Positions 1 to 6,439 are shown, counted from the first letter of the stretch. The stretch: DNA of 20,000 nt from an uncultured virus (IMG/VR IMGVR_UViG_3300020577_001549) (IMGVR_UViG_3300020577_001549); one strand, 5' to 3'. Made by a program: numbers and translations. Notes: generated by a model from the letters alone, not told the origin.

Positions 1-2
1 AG

Positions 3-419
3 AACCGCGAAGCTGACGCACGCCCCACCAAATGGACGCCGCCTCAGTTGTTGCCTGACCCCACACCGGAGCCGGGCTACGCATTTCGTTGGGTACGTGT
101 GAGCATGTTGGGCAAGGACGACCCCACGAACATTTCCGGCAAATTGCGTGAAGGCTGGGAACCTGTCAAGGCTTCTGACCACCCTGAGATTCGCTTGTTC
201 GGTTCTGGTGGAAACCATATCCCGGACAGCATTGAAGTTGGTGGCCTGTTGCTCTGCAAAACCCCGGTGGAGTTTGTCGAACAGCGTGATGCGTATTACC
301 AGCAACAAGCTGATGCGCAGATGCAATCGGTGGACAACACCTTCATGCGCGAGAATGACGCTCGGATGCCGCTTTTCAAAGAGCGTTCGTCTAAAGTCAC
401 TTTCGGCAAAGGCGTTTAA
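3..419 (+). CDS. Conserved phage hypothetical protein upstream of the head genes (5'-truncated by the window)
   Basis: The frame is open from position 3 (NREADARPTKWTPPQLLPDPTPEPGYAFRWVR...), so the true start lies upstream and the track start at 48 is artefactual. It has the 'GY.FRWVR...N+s.klREGWEPV...VGGLLLCK.P' pattern I recognise from proteins preceding capsid genes in such phages. TAA ends at 419. Confidence 0.8.
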   Translation, partial: NREADARPTKWTPPQLLPDPTPEPGYAFRWVRVSMLGKDDPTNISGKLREGWEPVKASDHPEIRLFGSGGNHIPDSIEVGGLLLCKTPVEFVEQRDAYYQQQADAQMQSVDNTFMRENDARMPLFKERSSKVTFGKGV

Positions 420-438
420 CTTTTTCAAGGAGTCATAA

Positions 439-1281
439 ATGGCTTATCCCGCAGTCTCGGCCCCATACGGCCTTGAGCCGATCAATCTGATCGGCGGGCA
501 AGTGTTTTCGGGTTCTACCCGCAGCTTGCCCATCCAATACGGCTACGGCACGAACATCTTCAATGGTGATTTCGTGGTTCTGTCGCGTGGTTTCATCACC
601 CGCGCCTCCGTGTCCACTGGTACTGGTGCAAACCAAGTTACCGGCATCTTCTTGGGCGTGTCCTACACCAACCCATTGACCAAGCAGAAGCAGTTCTCGC
701 AATACTGGCCCGCGTCTACGCTGGCTGGCGATGCGATGGCCATTGTTTGTGACGATCCTGACACCGTGTTCAAGGCTGTTGTTTGCTCTTCGGGCACAAC
801 CGTGGCTTCTGGCGCTCTGTCGATGATTGGCACCAACCTGTCGATGATCAACAACACCGGCAATGCCAACACTGGCAACTCTGCCAACGCTGTTTTGGCT
901 CCCACAGCCACTCCCGTCAGCACGATCCTCCCAGCTCGTTGCGTCGGTGTCGTGCCTGATACAGCCATCTCCACGTCGGCAACTGGCAGCTCGTCTACCA
1001 CCACCATCACACTGACCGGCTCGGGCTTGCCCATCGCCATCCCAGTGGGTACGGATGTGGCATACATCGCCGCCAACGGTCAGTTGATCGAAACCGGTTC
1101 GTTCGTGACAGCAGCAGCTGCCGCTGGCGCAACTTCGGTGACCATCAACGCACAGCCCAACATCCTTGGTTCTGGCGCTGACATCCCGTCGTCCTCCACC
1201 ATCGTGTTCACTCAGTACCCAGAAATTCTGGTGAAGATGAACCTGTTGGTGCATGGCTACTACAGCTCCACCACCGCCTGA
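439..1281 (+). CDS. Putative capsid decoration/cement (minor head) protein, 280 aa
   Basis: SD AAGGAG at 428-433. Thr/Ala/Gly/Ser-rich beta-type sequence (PYGLEPI, IFNGDFV, GIFLGVSY, VCDDPDTVF) immediately upstream of the major capsid gene, ending in tandem stops TGA TAA. Function is inferred from position and composition. Confidence 0.65.
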   Translation: MAYPAVSAPYGLEPINLIGGQVFSGSTRSLPIQYGYGTNIFNGDFVVLSRGFITRASVSTGTGANQVTGIFLGVSYTNPLTKQKQFSQYWPASTLAGDAMAIVCDDPDTVFKAVVCSSGTTVASGALSMIGTNLSMINNTGNANTGNSANAVLAPTATPVSTILPARCVGVVPDTAISTSATGSSSTTTITLTGSGLPIAIPVGTDVAYIAANGQLIETGSFVTAAAAAGATSVTINAQPNILGSGADIPSSSTIVFTQYPEILVKMNLLVHGYYSSTTA

Positions 1282-1296
1282 TAAGGAGTACGAATC

Positions 1297-2208
1297 ATGG
1301 CAATTTCACGCGCACAACTGCTCAAAGAACTCCTGCCCGGCCTGAACGCCTTGTTCGGTCTGGAATATGCCCGCTACGGCGAAGAGCACAAGGAAATCTA
1401 CGACACCGAGACATCGGAGCGTAGCTTTGAAGAAGAAACCAAGCTGTCGGGCTTCTCCGCCGCTCCTGTCAAAAACGAAGGCCAAGCCATCGCTTATGAC
1501 AACGCGCAAGAAGCATGGACCGCACGTTACAACCACGAAACCATCGCCATGGGCTTCTCCATCACGGAAGAAGCAGTGGAAGACAACCTGTACGACAGCT
1601 TGTCCAGCCGCTACACCAAGGCTCTGGCTCGTGGCATGGCCTACACCAAACAGGTGAAAGCTGCGTCGATCCTGAACAACGGCTTCAGCTCTGCCTACAC
1701 CTACGGTGACGGCCAAGCTCTGTTCTCCACTGCTCACCCTCTGGTGAACGGCGGCACGAACAGCAACCGCCCAGCTACCGCTGCCGACCTGAACGAAACA
1801 TCGTTGGAAAACGCTGTCATTCAGATCGCTGGTTGGACTGATGAGCGTGGTCTGTTGATCGCTGCCAAGCCCAAGAAGCTGATCGTTCCCCCAGCCTTGA
1901 TGTTCGTTGCCACTCGTTTGTTGGAAACCAGCCTGCGCGTTGGCACCACCGACAACGACATCAACGCCATCAAGAACAACGGTTCGATCCCCGAGGGTTA
2001 CACCGTGAACCACTTCTTGACCGACGCCAACGGCTGGTTCCTGACCACCGATGTGCCCAACGGCTTGAAGCACTTCGTCCGCACCCCCCTCCAGAATTCC
2101 ATGGATGGTGATTTTGATACGGGGAACGTGCGTTACAAGGCCCGCGAGCGTTACAGCTTCGGCGTGTCCGACCCGCTCGGCATCTACGGAAGCCCCGGTA
2201 GCTCCTAA
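1297..2208 (+). CDS. Major capsid protein (Mu gpT-like, HK97 fold), 303 aa
   Basis: SD AAGGAG upstream and strongly biased codon usage. Recognisable MCP motifs: MAISRAQLLKELLPGLNALFG, SERSFEEE..LSGF, YNHETIAMGFSITEEA.EDNLY, DGQALFST.HP, PKKLIVPP.L, W(F)LTTD, GDFDTGNVRYKARERYSFG.SDP.GIYGS. Followed by a terminator. Confidence 0.92.
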   Translation: MAISRAQLLKELLPGLNALFGLEYARYGEEHKEIYDTETSERSFEEETKLSGFSAAPVKNEGQAIAYDNAQEAWTARYNHETIAMGFSITEEAVEDNLYDSLSSRYTKALARGMAYTKQVKAASILNNGFSSAYTYGDGQALFSTAHPLVNGGTNSNRPATAADLNETSLENAVIQIAGWTDERGLLIAAKPKKLIVPPALMFVATRLLETSLRVGTTDNDINAIKNNGSIPEGYTVNHFLTDANGWFLTTDVPNGLKHFVRTPLQNSMDGDFDTGNVRYKARERYSFGVSDPLGIYGSPGSS

Positions 2209-2227
2209 AATTAGGACTTCCGGTTAC

Positions 2228-2257
2228 AAAAAGGGCCCTTCGGGGCCCTTTTTCTTT
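2228..2257. terminator. Rho-independent terminator, probably bidirectional
   Basis: AAAAA-GGGCCC-TTCG-GGGCCC-TTTTTCTTT: perfect 6-bp GC stem with a C(UUCG)G tetraloop, a U-tract on the + strand and an A5 tract giving a U-tract on the - strand, ~20 nt after the capsid stop. Confidence 0.92.
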
Positions 2258-2393
2258 GGGCGCGGCGCAGCCCCCTATCTTCCCGGTATCGAAATCCAGC
2301 GGCACCAGATTCTGAATCCTCAGAAATAATTTGTAGGTCTCCATCCATTGTCGGAATGGAAAGCCAAAATGTTGGCGGCACGCCAGAAAAAAG

Positions 2394-2422
2394 TTGTGCC
2401 TACCTTGGCCCAATGATATAGT
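2394..2422 (+). promoter_or_regulatory. Putative sigma70-type promoter with extended -10
   Basis: -35 TTGTGC (2394-2399), 17-nt spacer, TG-n-TATAGT (TG 2414-2415, -10 at 2417-2422), and an upstream A-tract (2387-2392) as a possible UP element. It lies after the terminator, with the predicted start at ~2428-2430, where the structured RNA begins. Confidence 0.65.
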
Positions 2423-2427
2423 GGGCC

Positions 2428-2503
2428 ATCCGGGAATCCCGGTACGCCAAACTGACCCGGCAGACATCATGCTGATTGACGTACCAACAACTGCATGAAG
2501 GAA
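2428..2503 (+). ncRNA. Compact double-pseudoknotted RNA downstream of the gpT-like capsid gene; candidate Mu-gpT-DE-type motif
   Basis: Pairings seen: GGTACGCCAA 2441-2450 / TTGACGTACC 2476-2485 (9 of 10); CTG 2452-2454 / CAG 2461-2463; loop CCCGG 2456-2460 / CCGGG 2430-2434; TCATGC 2467-2472 / GCATGA 2493-2498. The location fits the Mu-gpT-DE (Mu-like gpT downstream element) motif as I recall it. No covariance search was run. Confidence 0.6.
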
Positions 2504-2509
2504 ATCATC

Positions 2510-2974
2510 ATGGGAATCGCTTCTCACCTCGGCCCTTGGCTCTTGGGCACCGTCAAAGACACCACCGGCACCGCTGCTGGCACCGTTCGCAACATGGGCG
2601 CAACCATCGTTGCCCAGACCTTCAGCTTGACCGCTGCACAGGTGGCCACCGGTAGCATCTCCGCAGGTTTCATTCCCGCGGGCGCACTGGTCACTTCTGT
2701 CCAGATTCTGACCACCACGTTGTTTGCTTCGGCCACTACGTTGAAGGTCACGATCGCTGGCGTCGATGTGAACACCGCCTCGACCATCACGGCAGCCGGC
2801 ACGATCGCAGTGTCTCCTGCAGCCACGTTCACCCCAACGCAAGCCAACGTCGGTTCCACCGATGCGGCCGTCACGTTCACGACCACTGGCTCGTCTGCTA
2901 CGGGCGCGGTCACAGTCATTGTTGCGTACATCATGCGCAACAGCGACGGCACCAGCACCCCAGCTTCTGCTTAA
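2510..2974 (+). CDS. Putative virion (head) structural protein, 154 aa
   Basis: The better start is ATG 2510 (MGIASHLGPWLLGTVK) with SD AAGGA at 2498-2502. Thr/Ala-rich beta protein ('IPAGALVTSVQI...F.....LKV') with capsid-like codon bias. Confidence 0.75.
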   Translation: MGIASHLGPWLLGTVKDTTGTAAGTVRNMGATIVAQTFSLTAAQVATGSISAGFIPAGALVTSVQILTTTLFASATTLKVTIAGVDVNTASTITAAGTIAVSPAATFTPTQANVGSTDAAVTFTTTGSSATGAVTVIVAYIMRNSDGTSTPASA

Positions 2975-2981
2975 TTGATTT

Positions 2982-2999
2982 CGGGGGCTTCGGCCCCCG
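2982..2999 (+). other. Stable intergenic RNA hairpin (7-bp stem, C(UUCG)G loop) without a U-tract
   Basis: CGGGGGC-TTCG-GCCCCCG between the stop at 2974 and the SD AGGAG of the next gene. It is followed by CTCTATAG rather than poly-U. Confidence 0.7.
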
Positions 3000-3016
3000 C
3001 TCTATAGGAGACAGAT

Positions 3017-3307
3017 ATGGGAATGCAAGGTGACGTGCGGGCCAAGCACACCAATACTTCGGCCACCATTTACGCAGACCGGACGCGGGTCAAAGGGTTT
3101 TCCATTTGCGCAACAGCGAGTACCGCGGGCACCCTGCTGTTGAAAGACGGCGGGTCCAGTGGCACAACGCTGATCGAGATTGACATCCCGTCGAACTCAA
3201 ACCCCAACTCGTTTTATGTGGCCATCCCACAAGAAGGCGTGCTGTTCTCGACGGACGTGTACGCAACGCTGACAAACATTGCGTCTGTCACGATCTTTTA
3301 CGGGTAA
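3017..3307 (+). CDS. Small putative virion protein, 96 aa (beta-sandwich-like)
   Basis: SD AGGAG at 3007-3011. Pattern 'RTRVKG......GTL.LKDGG..GT......IP..G+LF.T.+Y......SVTIFYG' is typical of small head-module proteins of these phages. Confidence 0.75.
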   Translation: MGMQGDVRAKHTNTSATIYADRTRVKGFSICATASTAGTLLLKDGGSSGTTLIEIDIPSNSNPNSFYVAIPQEGVLFSTDVYATLTNIASVTIFYG

Positions 3308-3330
3308 ACCCCTAACACAGCAGAGTACCT

Positions 3331-3576
3331 ATGGCTGACGTTGATACCGCCCGCGAATTGGCAACACACGCCGCTGACATTGCGCACCTGCAGTCCGACA
3401 TGGACAAGCTGGTGGAGAGTGTCGCTGCGATGCAAAAAACCCTTTCCGAGATTGACAAAACACTGTCTGAGGCCAAGGGTGGCTGGAAGATGTTGATGAT
3501 GTTGGGCGGTGCCGGCGGCGTCCTCGGCTCTGTGGTTACGCAGGTCATCCACAACATGCCGACGTGGGGCAAGTGA
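3331..3576 (+). CDS. Coiled-coil protein with a C-terminal transmembrane helix (holin/XhlA-like architecture), 81 aa
   Basis: Heptad-like N-terminal region (IAHLQSDMDKLVESVAAMQKTLSEIDKTL) followed by 'AKGGWKMLMMLGGAGGVLGSVV'. The stop overlaps the next ATG (TGATG). The SD is weak. Confidence 0.65.
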   Translation: MADVDTARELATHAADIAHLQSDMDKLVESVAAMQKTLSEIDKTLSEAKGGWKMLMMLGGAGGVLGSVVTQVIHNMPTWGK

Positions 3577-3917
3577 TGCCAAGCACCAGCAAAAAACAGC
3601 ACAACTTCATGGCCGCTGTCGCGCATAACCCCGCTTTCGCAAAGAAGGCGGGCGTGCCACAATCAGTAGGTCAAGACTTCTCAAATGCGGACAAGGGCCG
3701 CAAATTCTCCAAAGGTGGCGATATGAAACATGATGACATGAAAATGGACAAGTCCATGATGCAGAAGGCCGTGAACAAACACGAGAGCCGCCTGCACAAA
3801 GGCCAACCGGTGACCAAGCTGGCCAAGGGTGGCGTGACACGCGCGGATGGCTGCGTGTCCAAAGGCCACACCAAAGGCAAGCAGATCACGATGGCACGCG
3901 GCGGCAGCTGCATGTAA
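3576..3917 (+). CDS. Small basic phage protein, 113 aa, with three hydrophobic-[AS]-[KR]-GG motifs
   Basis: Coupled start at TGATG (3576; MPSTSKKQHNFMAAVAHNP). Lys/Met-rich, with FSKGG, LAKGG, MARGG and a 'RADGC..KG.TKG' block. Confidence 0.75.
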   Translation: MPSTSKKQHNFMAAVAHNPAFAKKAGVPQSVGQDFSNADKGRKFSKGGDMKHDDMKMDKSMMQKAVNKHESRLHKGQPVTKLAKGGVTRADGCVSKGHTKGKQITMARGGSCM

Positions 3918-3920
3918 GCC

Positions 3921-4196
3921 ATGCTGGCCAGCCGTGGGATGGGGGCCATCTCCCCCAACAAAATGCCCAAAGGCAAGCGCACCGCTCGCCGGGATGACAC
4001 CGACTTCACGCAGTACGCTGAAGGCGGGGGCGTCAATGCGGCCGGTAACTACACCAAACCCGATCTGCGCAAGCGCATCGTGTCGCAGGTGAAGGCCGAC
4101 GCAACGCACGGCACCAAGGCTGGTCAGTGGTCGGCCCGCAAGGCACAGCTTGTGGCCAAGAAGTACAAGGCCGCTGGCGGCGGGTATCGGGATTGA
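3921..4196 (+). CDS. Basic phage protein, 91 aa; C-terminal part resembles the N-terminal half of DUF5872-like proteins
   Basis: Contains NYTKPDLRKRI...GQWSARKAQLVAKKYKAAGGGY, recalled as DUF5872-type. The N-terminal module MLASRGMGAI.P.KMP ends in YAEGG. Confidence 0.7.
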   Translation: MLASRGMGAISPNKMPKGKRTARRDDTDFTQYAEGGGVNAAGNYTKPDLRKRIVSQVKADATHGTKAGQWSARKAQLVAKKYKAAGGGYRD

Positions 4197-4197
4197 G

Positions 4198-4431
4198 ATG
4201 AAAGCCCCGCAGAAATCGCTCAAGGACTGGGGTGACCAGAAATGGCGCACCAAGTCTGGCAAGCCGTCAAGCAAGACGGGGGAGCGGTATTTGCCTGAAG
4301 CCGCCATAAAATCTCTGTCGCCGGACGAATACGCCGCGACAACCCGAGCCAAGCGAGCGGGCAAAGCGGCTGGCAAACAGTTCGTCAAACAGCCATCCAA
4401 AGTGGCAGCTAAAACAGCGAGGTATCGGTAA
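4198..4431 (+). CDS. Basic phage protein, 77 aa; resembles the C-terminal half of DUF5872-like proteins
   Basis: ATG at 4198, one base after the previous stop (TGA G ATG). Sequence QKSLKDW.DQKWRTKSGK....GERYLP..A...LS..EYAATTRAKR....GKQFVKQP. The stop overlaps the next ATG (TAATG). Confidence 0.72.
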   Translation: MKAPQKSLKDWGDQKWRTKSGKPSSKTGERYLPEAAIKSLSPDEYAATTRAKRAGKAAGKQFVKQPSKVAAKTARYR

Positions 4432-4685
4432 TGGCTAAATCACCTGCATGGCAGCGCAAAGAGGGCAAGTCCGAAAAAGGGGGCTTGAACGCGAAAGGCC
4501 GCGCCTCGTACAACAAAGCAAATCCGGGTAAACCCGGATTGAAGGCCCCCCAACCCGAAGGTGGCCCGCGCAAAGACTCCTTCTGTGCCCGCATGGAAGG
4601 TATGAAAGCCAAACTGACTGGCGAGAAAGCCAAAAAAGACCCAAACTCACGCATCAACAAATCGTTGAGAGCGTGGAAATGCTGA
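4431..4685 (+). CDS. Basic phage protein, DUF6321-like, 84 aa
   Basis: AWQRKEGKSEKGGLNAKGRASY...RKDSFCARM.G.......DPNSRINKSLRAWKC, recalled as DUF6321-type. Translationally coupled start. Confidence 0.72.
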   Translation: MAKSPAWQRKEGKSEKGGLNAKGRASYNKANPGKPGLKAPQPEGGPRKDSFCARMEGMKAKLTGEKAKKDPNSRINKSLRAWKC

Positions 4686-4696
4686 AGGACTGACCC

Positions 4697-4873
4697 ATGA
4701 ACCTCGAAACCGTACGCAAATGCGCTGACATGACCGCTCAAGTGCAGATGAACGCCTTTGGTCACGTCACCAAAGACGTGCAGGACCTGCTCGACGAGCT
4801 GAACACACCTGCGCCCGTGGCTGAAGAAGCCCCGGCTGCCAAACCCAAAGCCAAGGCGAAAGCCGCGGAGTAA
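4697..4873 (+). CDS. Small hypothetical protein, 58 aa (not in ORF track)
   Basis: SD AAGGA at 4685-4689, ATG 4697, TAA 4871-4873. Translation MNLETVRKCADMTAQVQMNAFGHVTKDVQDLLDELNTPAPVAEEAPAAKPKAKAKAAE fills the gap between neighbouring genes. Confidence 0.75.
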   Translation: MNLETVRKCADMTAQVQMNAFGHVTKDVQDLLDELNTPAPVAEEAPAAKPKAKAKAAE

Positions 4874-4876
4874 GCC

Positions 4877-5581
4877 ATGACAACTTCCGGCACCACTGCC
4901 TTCAACATGGACCTCACCGAATTGGTGGAGGAGGCGTTCGAGCGCTGTGGTGCGGAGTTGCGTTCTGGCTACGATCTGCGCACCGCTCGGCGGTCTTTGA
5001 ACCTGCTGTTCGCTGATTGGGCCAACCGCGGCATCAACATGTGGACTTTCGAGCAGGGTACGATCCCTCTGGTCGCTGGGACAGCCACCTACGACCTCCC
5101 AGCCGACACCGTGGACCTGATGGAGCACGTCATCCGTACGGGCGCAGGGTCGGCTTCCACGCAAGCAGACCTCAACATCACGCGCATCAGCGTCTCGACC
5201 TATGCCACGATACCCAACAAGCTCCAGCAGGCTCGCCCGATTCAAGTCTGGATTGAACGTCTGCAAGCCGGTCCTCGAATCACTGTATGGCCGGTTCCTG
5301 ACAACACTACAACTTACACTTTCGTGTATTGGCGGCTTCGTCGGATTGATGATGCTGGTGGTGGTGTCAACACGATGGACGTCCCCTTTCGCTTCCTGAA
5401 CGCCATGGTGGCGGGCTTGGCCTACTACTTGGCCATGAAGCTGCCCAACGGTGTCCAGCGCCTCGAAATGCTCAAGGCGCAGTACGATGAGGCTTGGGAC
5501 TTGGCCAGCTCGGAAGACCGCGAAAAAGCGGCTGTCCGGTTTGTGCCTCGCCACAACTTCATCGGCAACGGGGGGTACTGA
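4877..5581 (+). CDS. Putative head-tail adaptor/connector protein, 234 aa
   Basis: N-terminal helix 'LTELVEEAFERCG...ARRSLNLL...WANRG', then 'IPLVAGTATYDLP.D', 'ITVWPVPD' and C-terminal 'VPFRF..AMV.GLAYYLA....L...YDE....A..ED'. This resembles short-tail adaptor proteins (functional analogues of T7 gp11/P22 gp4). Confidence 0.7.
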   Translation: MTTSGTTAFNMDLTELVEEAFERCGAELRSGYDLRTARRSLNLLFADWANRGINMWTFEQGTIPLVAGTATYDLPADTVDLMEHVIRTGAGSASTQADLNITRISVSTYATIPNKLQQARPIQVWIERLQAGPRITVWPVPDNTTTYTFVYWRLRRIDDAGGGVNTMDVPFRFLNAMVAGLAYYLAMKLPNGVQRLEMLKAQYDEAWDLASSEDREKAAVRFVPRHNFIGNGGY

Positions 5582-5964
5582 TGCCGAACCGGTTTGCGTC
5601 GGGCCCACGGGCCATTGCGATGTGCGACATTTGCGGTTTTCAGTTCAAGCTGAAAGAACTGCGCACGCAGATCGTCAAGACCAAACCGGTGAACGATCGC
5701 GTCTGCAAAGAGTGCTGGTCGCCCGACCATCCCCAGCTCCAGCTGGGCATGTACCCGGTCGATGATCCACAGGCGTTGCGCAACCCACGGCGCGACACGA
5801 CGTACGTCACTGCGGGCACAAACTCCGGCGGCAACCCATCGGGCGGCAGTCGGGACATCCAGTGGGGCTGGGCACCGGTTGGTGGAGCCAGCAGCTTTGA
5901 TGCCGTGTTGACCCCCAATTACTTGGTGGCCACGACATTTGTTGGTACAGTAACAACTTCTTAA
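5581..5964 (+). CDS. Hypothetical protein with an N-terminal CxxC...CxxC putative zinc ribbon, 127 aa
   Basis: Coupled start TGATG at 5581 (MPNRFASG..AIAMCDICGF...RVCKECWSPDHPQL...DPQALRNPR). The track start at 5494 overlaps the upstream gene. Confidence 0.75.
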   Translation: MPNRFASGPRAIAMCDICGFQFKLKELRTQIVKTKPVNDRVCKECWSPDHPQLQLGMYPVDDPQALRNPRRDTTYVTAGTNSGGNPSGGSRDIQWGWAPVGGASSFDAVLTPNYLVATTFVGTVTTS

Positions 5965-5974
5965 GGAGCCGACC

Positions 5975-6160
5975 ATGGCATTCACAAAATCTGCAGACGG
6001 CGTTGCCAAAAAAGGCAAGACCTCGGTCAACGTTATGGCCAATGATGGCCCCAAAGTCGCCCCCAAAACAGCGGGCAAGAAAAGCTCCGGCGTGACCAGC
6101 GAGGCCATGATGAAAGTCGGCCGCAATGTGGCCCGCGCCAACAACCAAAAGCGAGGCTGA
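5975..6160 (+). CDS. Small Lys-rich phage protein, 61 aa
   Basis: SD AAGGAG upstream. Contains an 'ADGVAKKGKT' block similar to 'ADGCVSKGHT' in 3576..3917, and C-terminal GVTSEAMMKVGRNVARANNQ. Confidence 0.72.
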   Translation: MAFTKSADGVAKKGKTSVNVMANDGPKVAPKTAGKKSSGVTSEAMMKVGRNVARANNQKRG

Positions 6161-6162
6161 TC

Positions 6163-6429
6163 ATGGCCAAATTTAGCCAAAAAATGGGCGGCAAAGAGGT
6201 TGGCGCTGCCAGCGTCTACGCCAAGCCCCACACCATGTCGGGTAAAACCGTAACAGCTTCGACCAACCCCGGCAAAGCGCCGAACCGCAGCAAAGCGGAT
6301 ACGGTTGATGCGTCCGTGGGCAACATCAGCAAGTCGGCCGGCAACGAGCCGACCAAGACCAGCGGCATCAAGGTGCGCGGCACTGGCGCGGCCACCAAAG
6401 GCTTGATGGCCCGCGGCCCCATGGCGTAA
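6163..6429 (+). CDS. Small basic phage protein, 88 aa
   Basis: SD GAGG upstream. Lys-rich and low complexity, with C-terminal KTSGIKVRGTGAATKGLMARGPMA. Confidence 0.72.
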   Translation: MAKFSQKMGGKEVGAASVYAKPHTMSGKTVTASTNPGKAPNRSKADTVDASVGNISKSAGNEPTKTSGIKVRGTGAATKGLMARGPMA

Positions 6430-6439
6430 GGACTGAATC

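Noticed and set aside
433..2073. Long minus-strand ORFs 433..1254 and 1306..2073
   Set aside because: Antisense shadows of strongly codon-biased head genes, with no SD and no recognisable motifs.
2428..2503. Assignment of the structured RNA to a known ribozyme, riboswitch or tRNA class
   Set aside because: No hammerhead core (CUGAnGA with a correctly placed GAAA), no cloverleaf or T-loop, and I could not map twister, pistol or HDV consensus residues by eye. Left as a Mu-gpT-DE-like candidate.
1970..2842. 290-aa minus-strand ORF crossing the intergenic region (including a possible short METYKLFLRIQ... start)
   Set aside because: It overlaps two real genes, runs through the terminator, lacks an SD and has no protein-like features.
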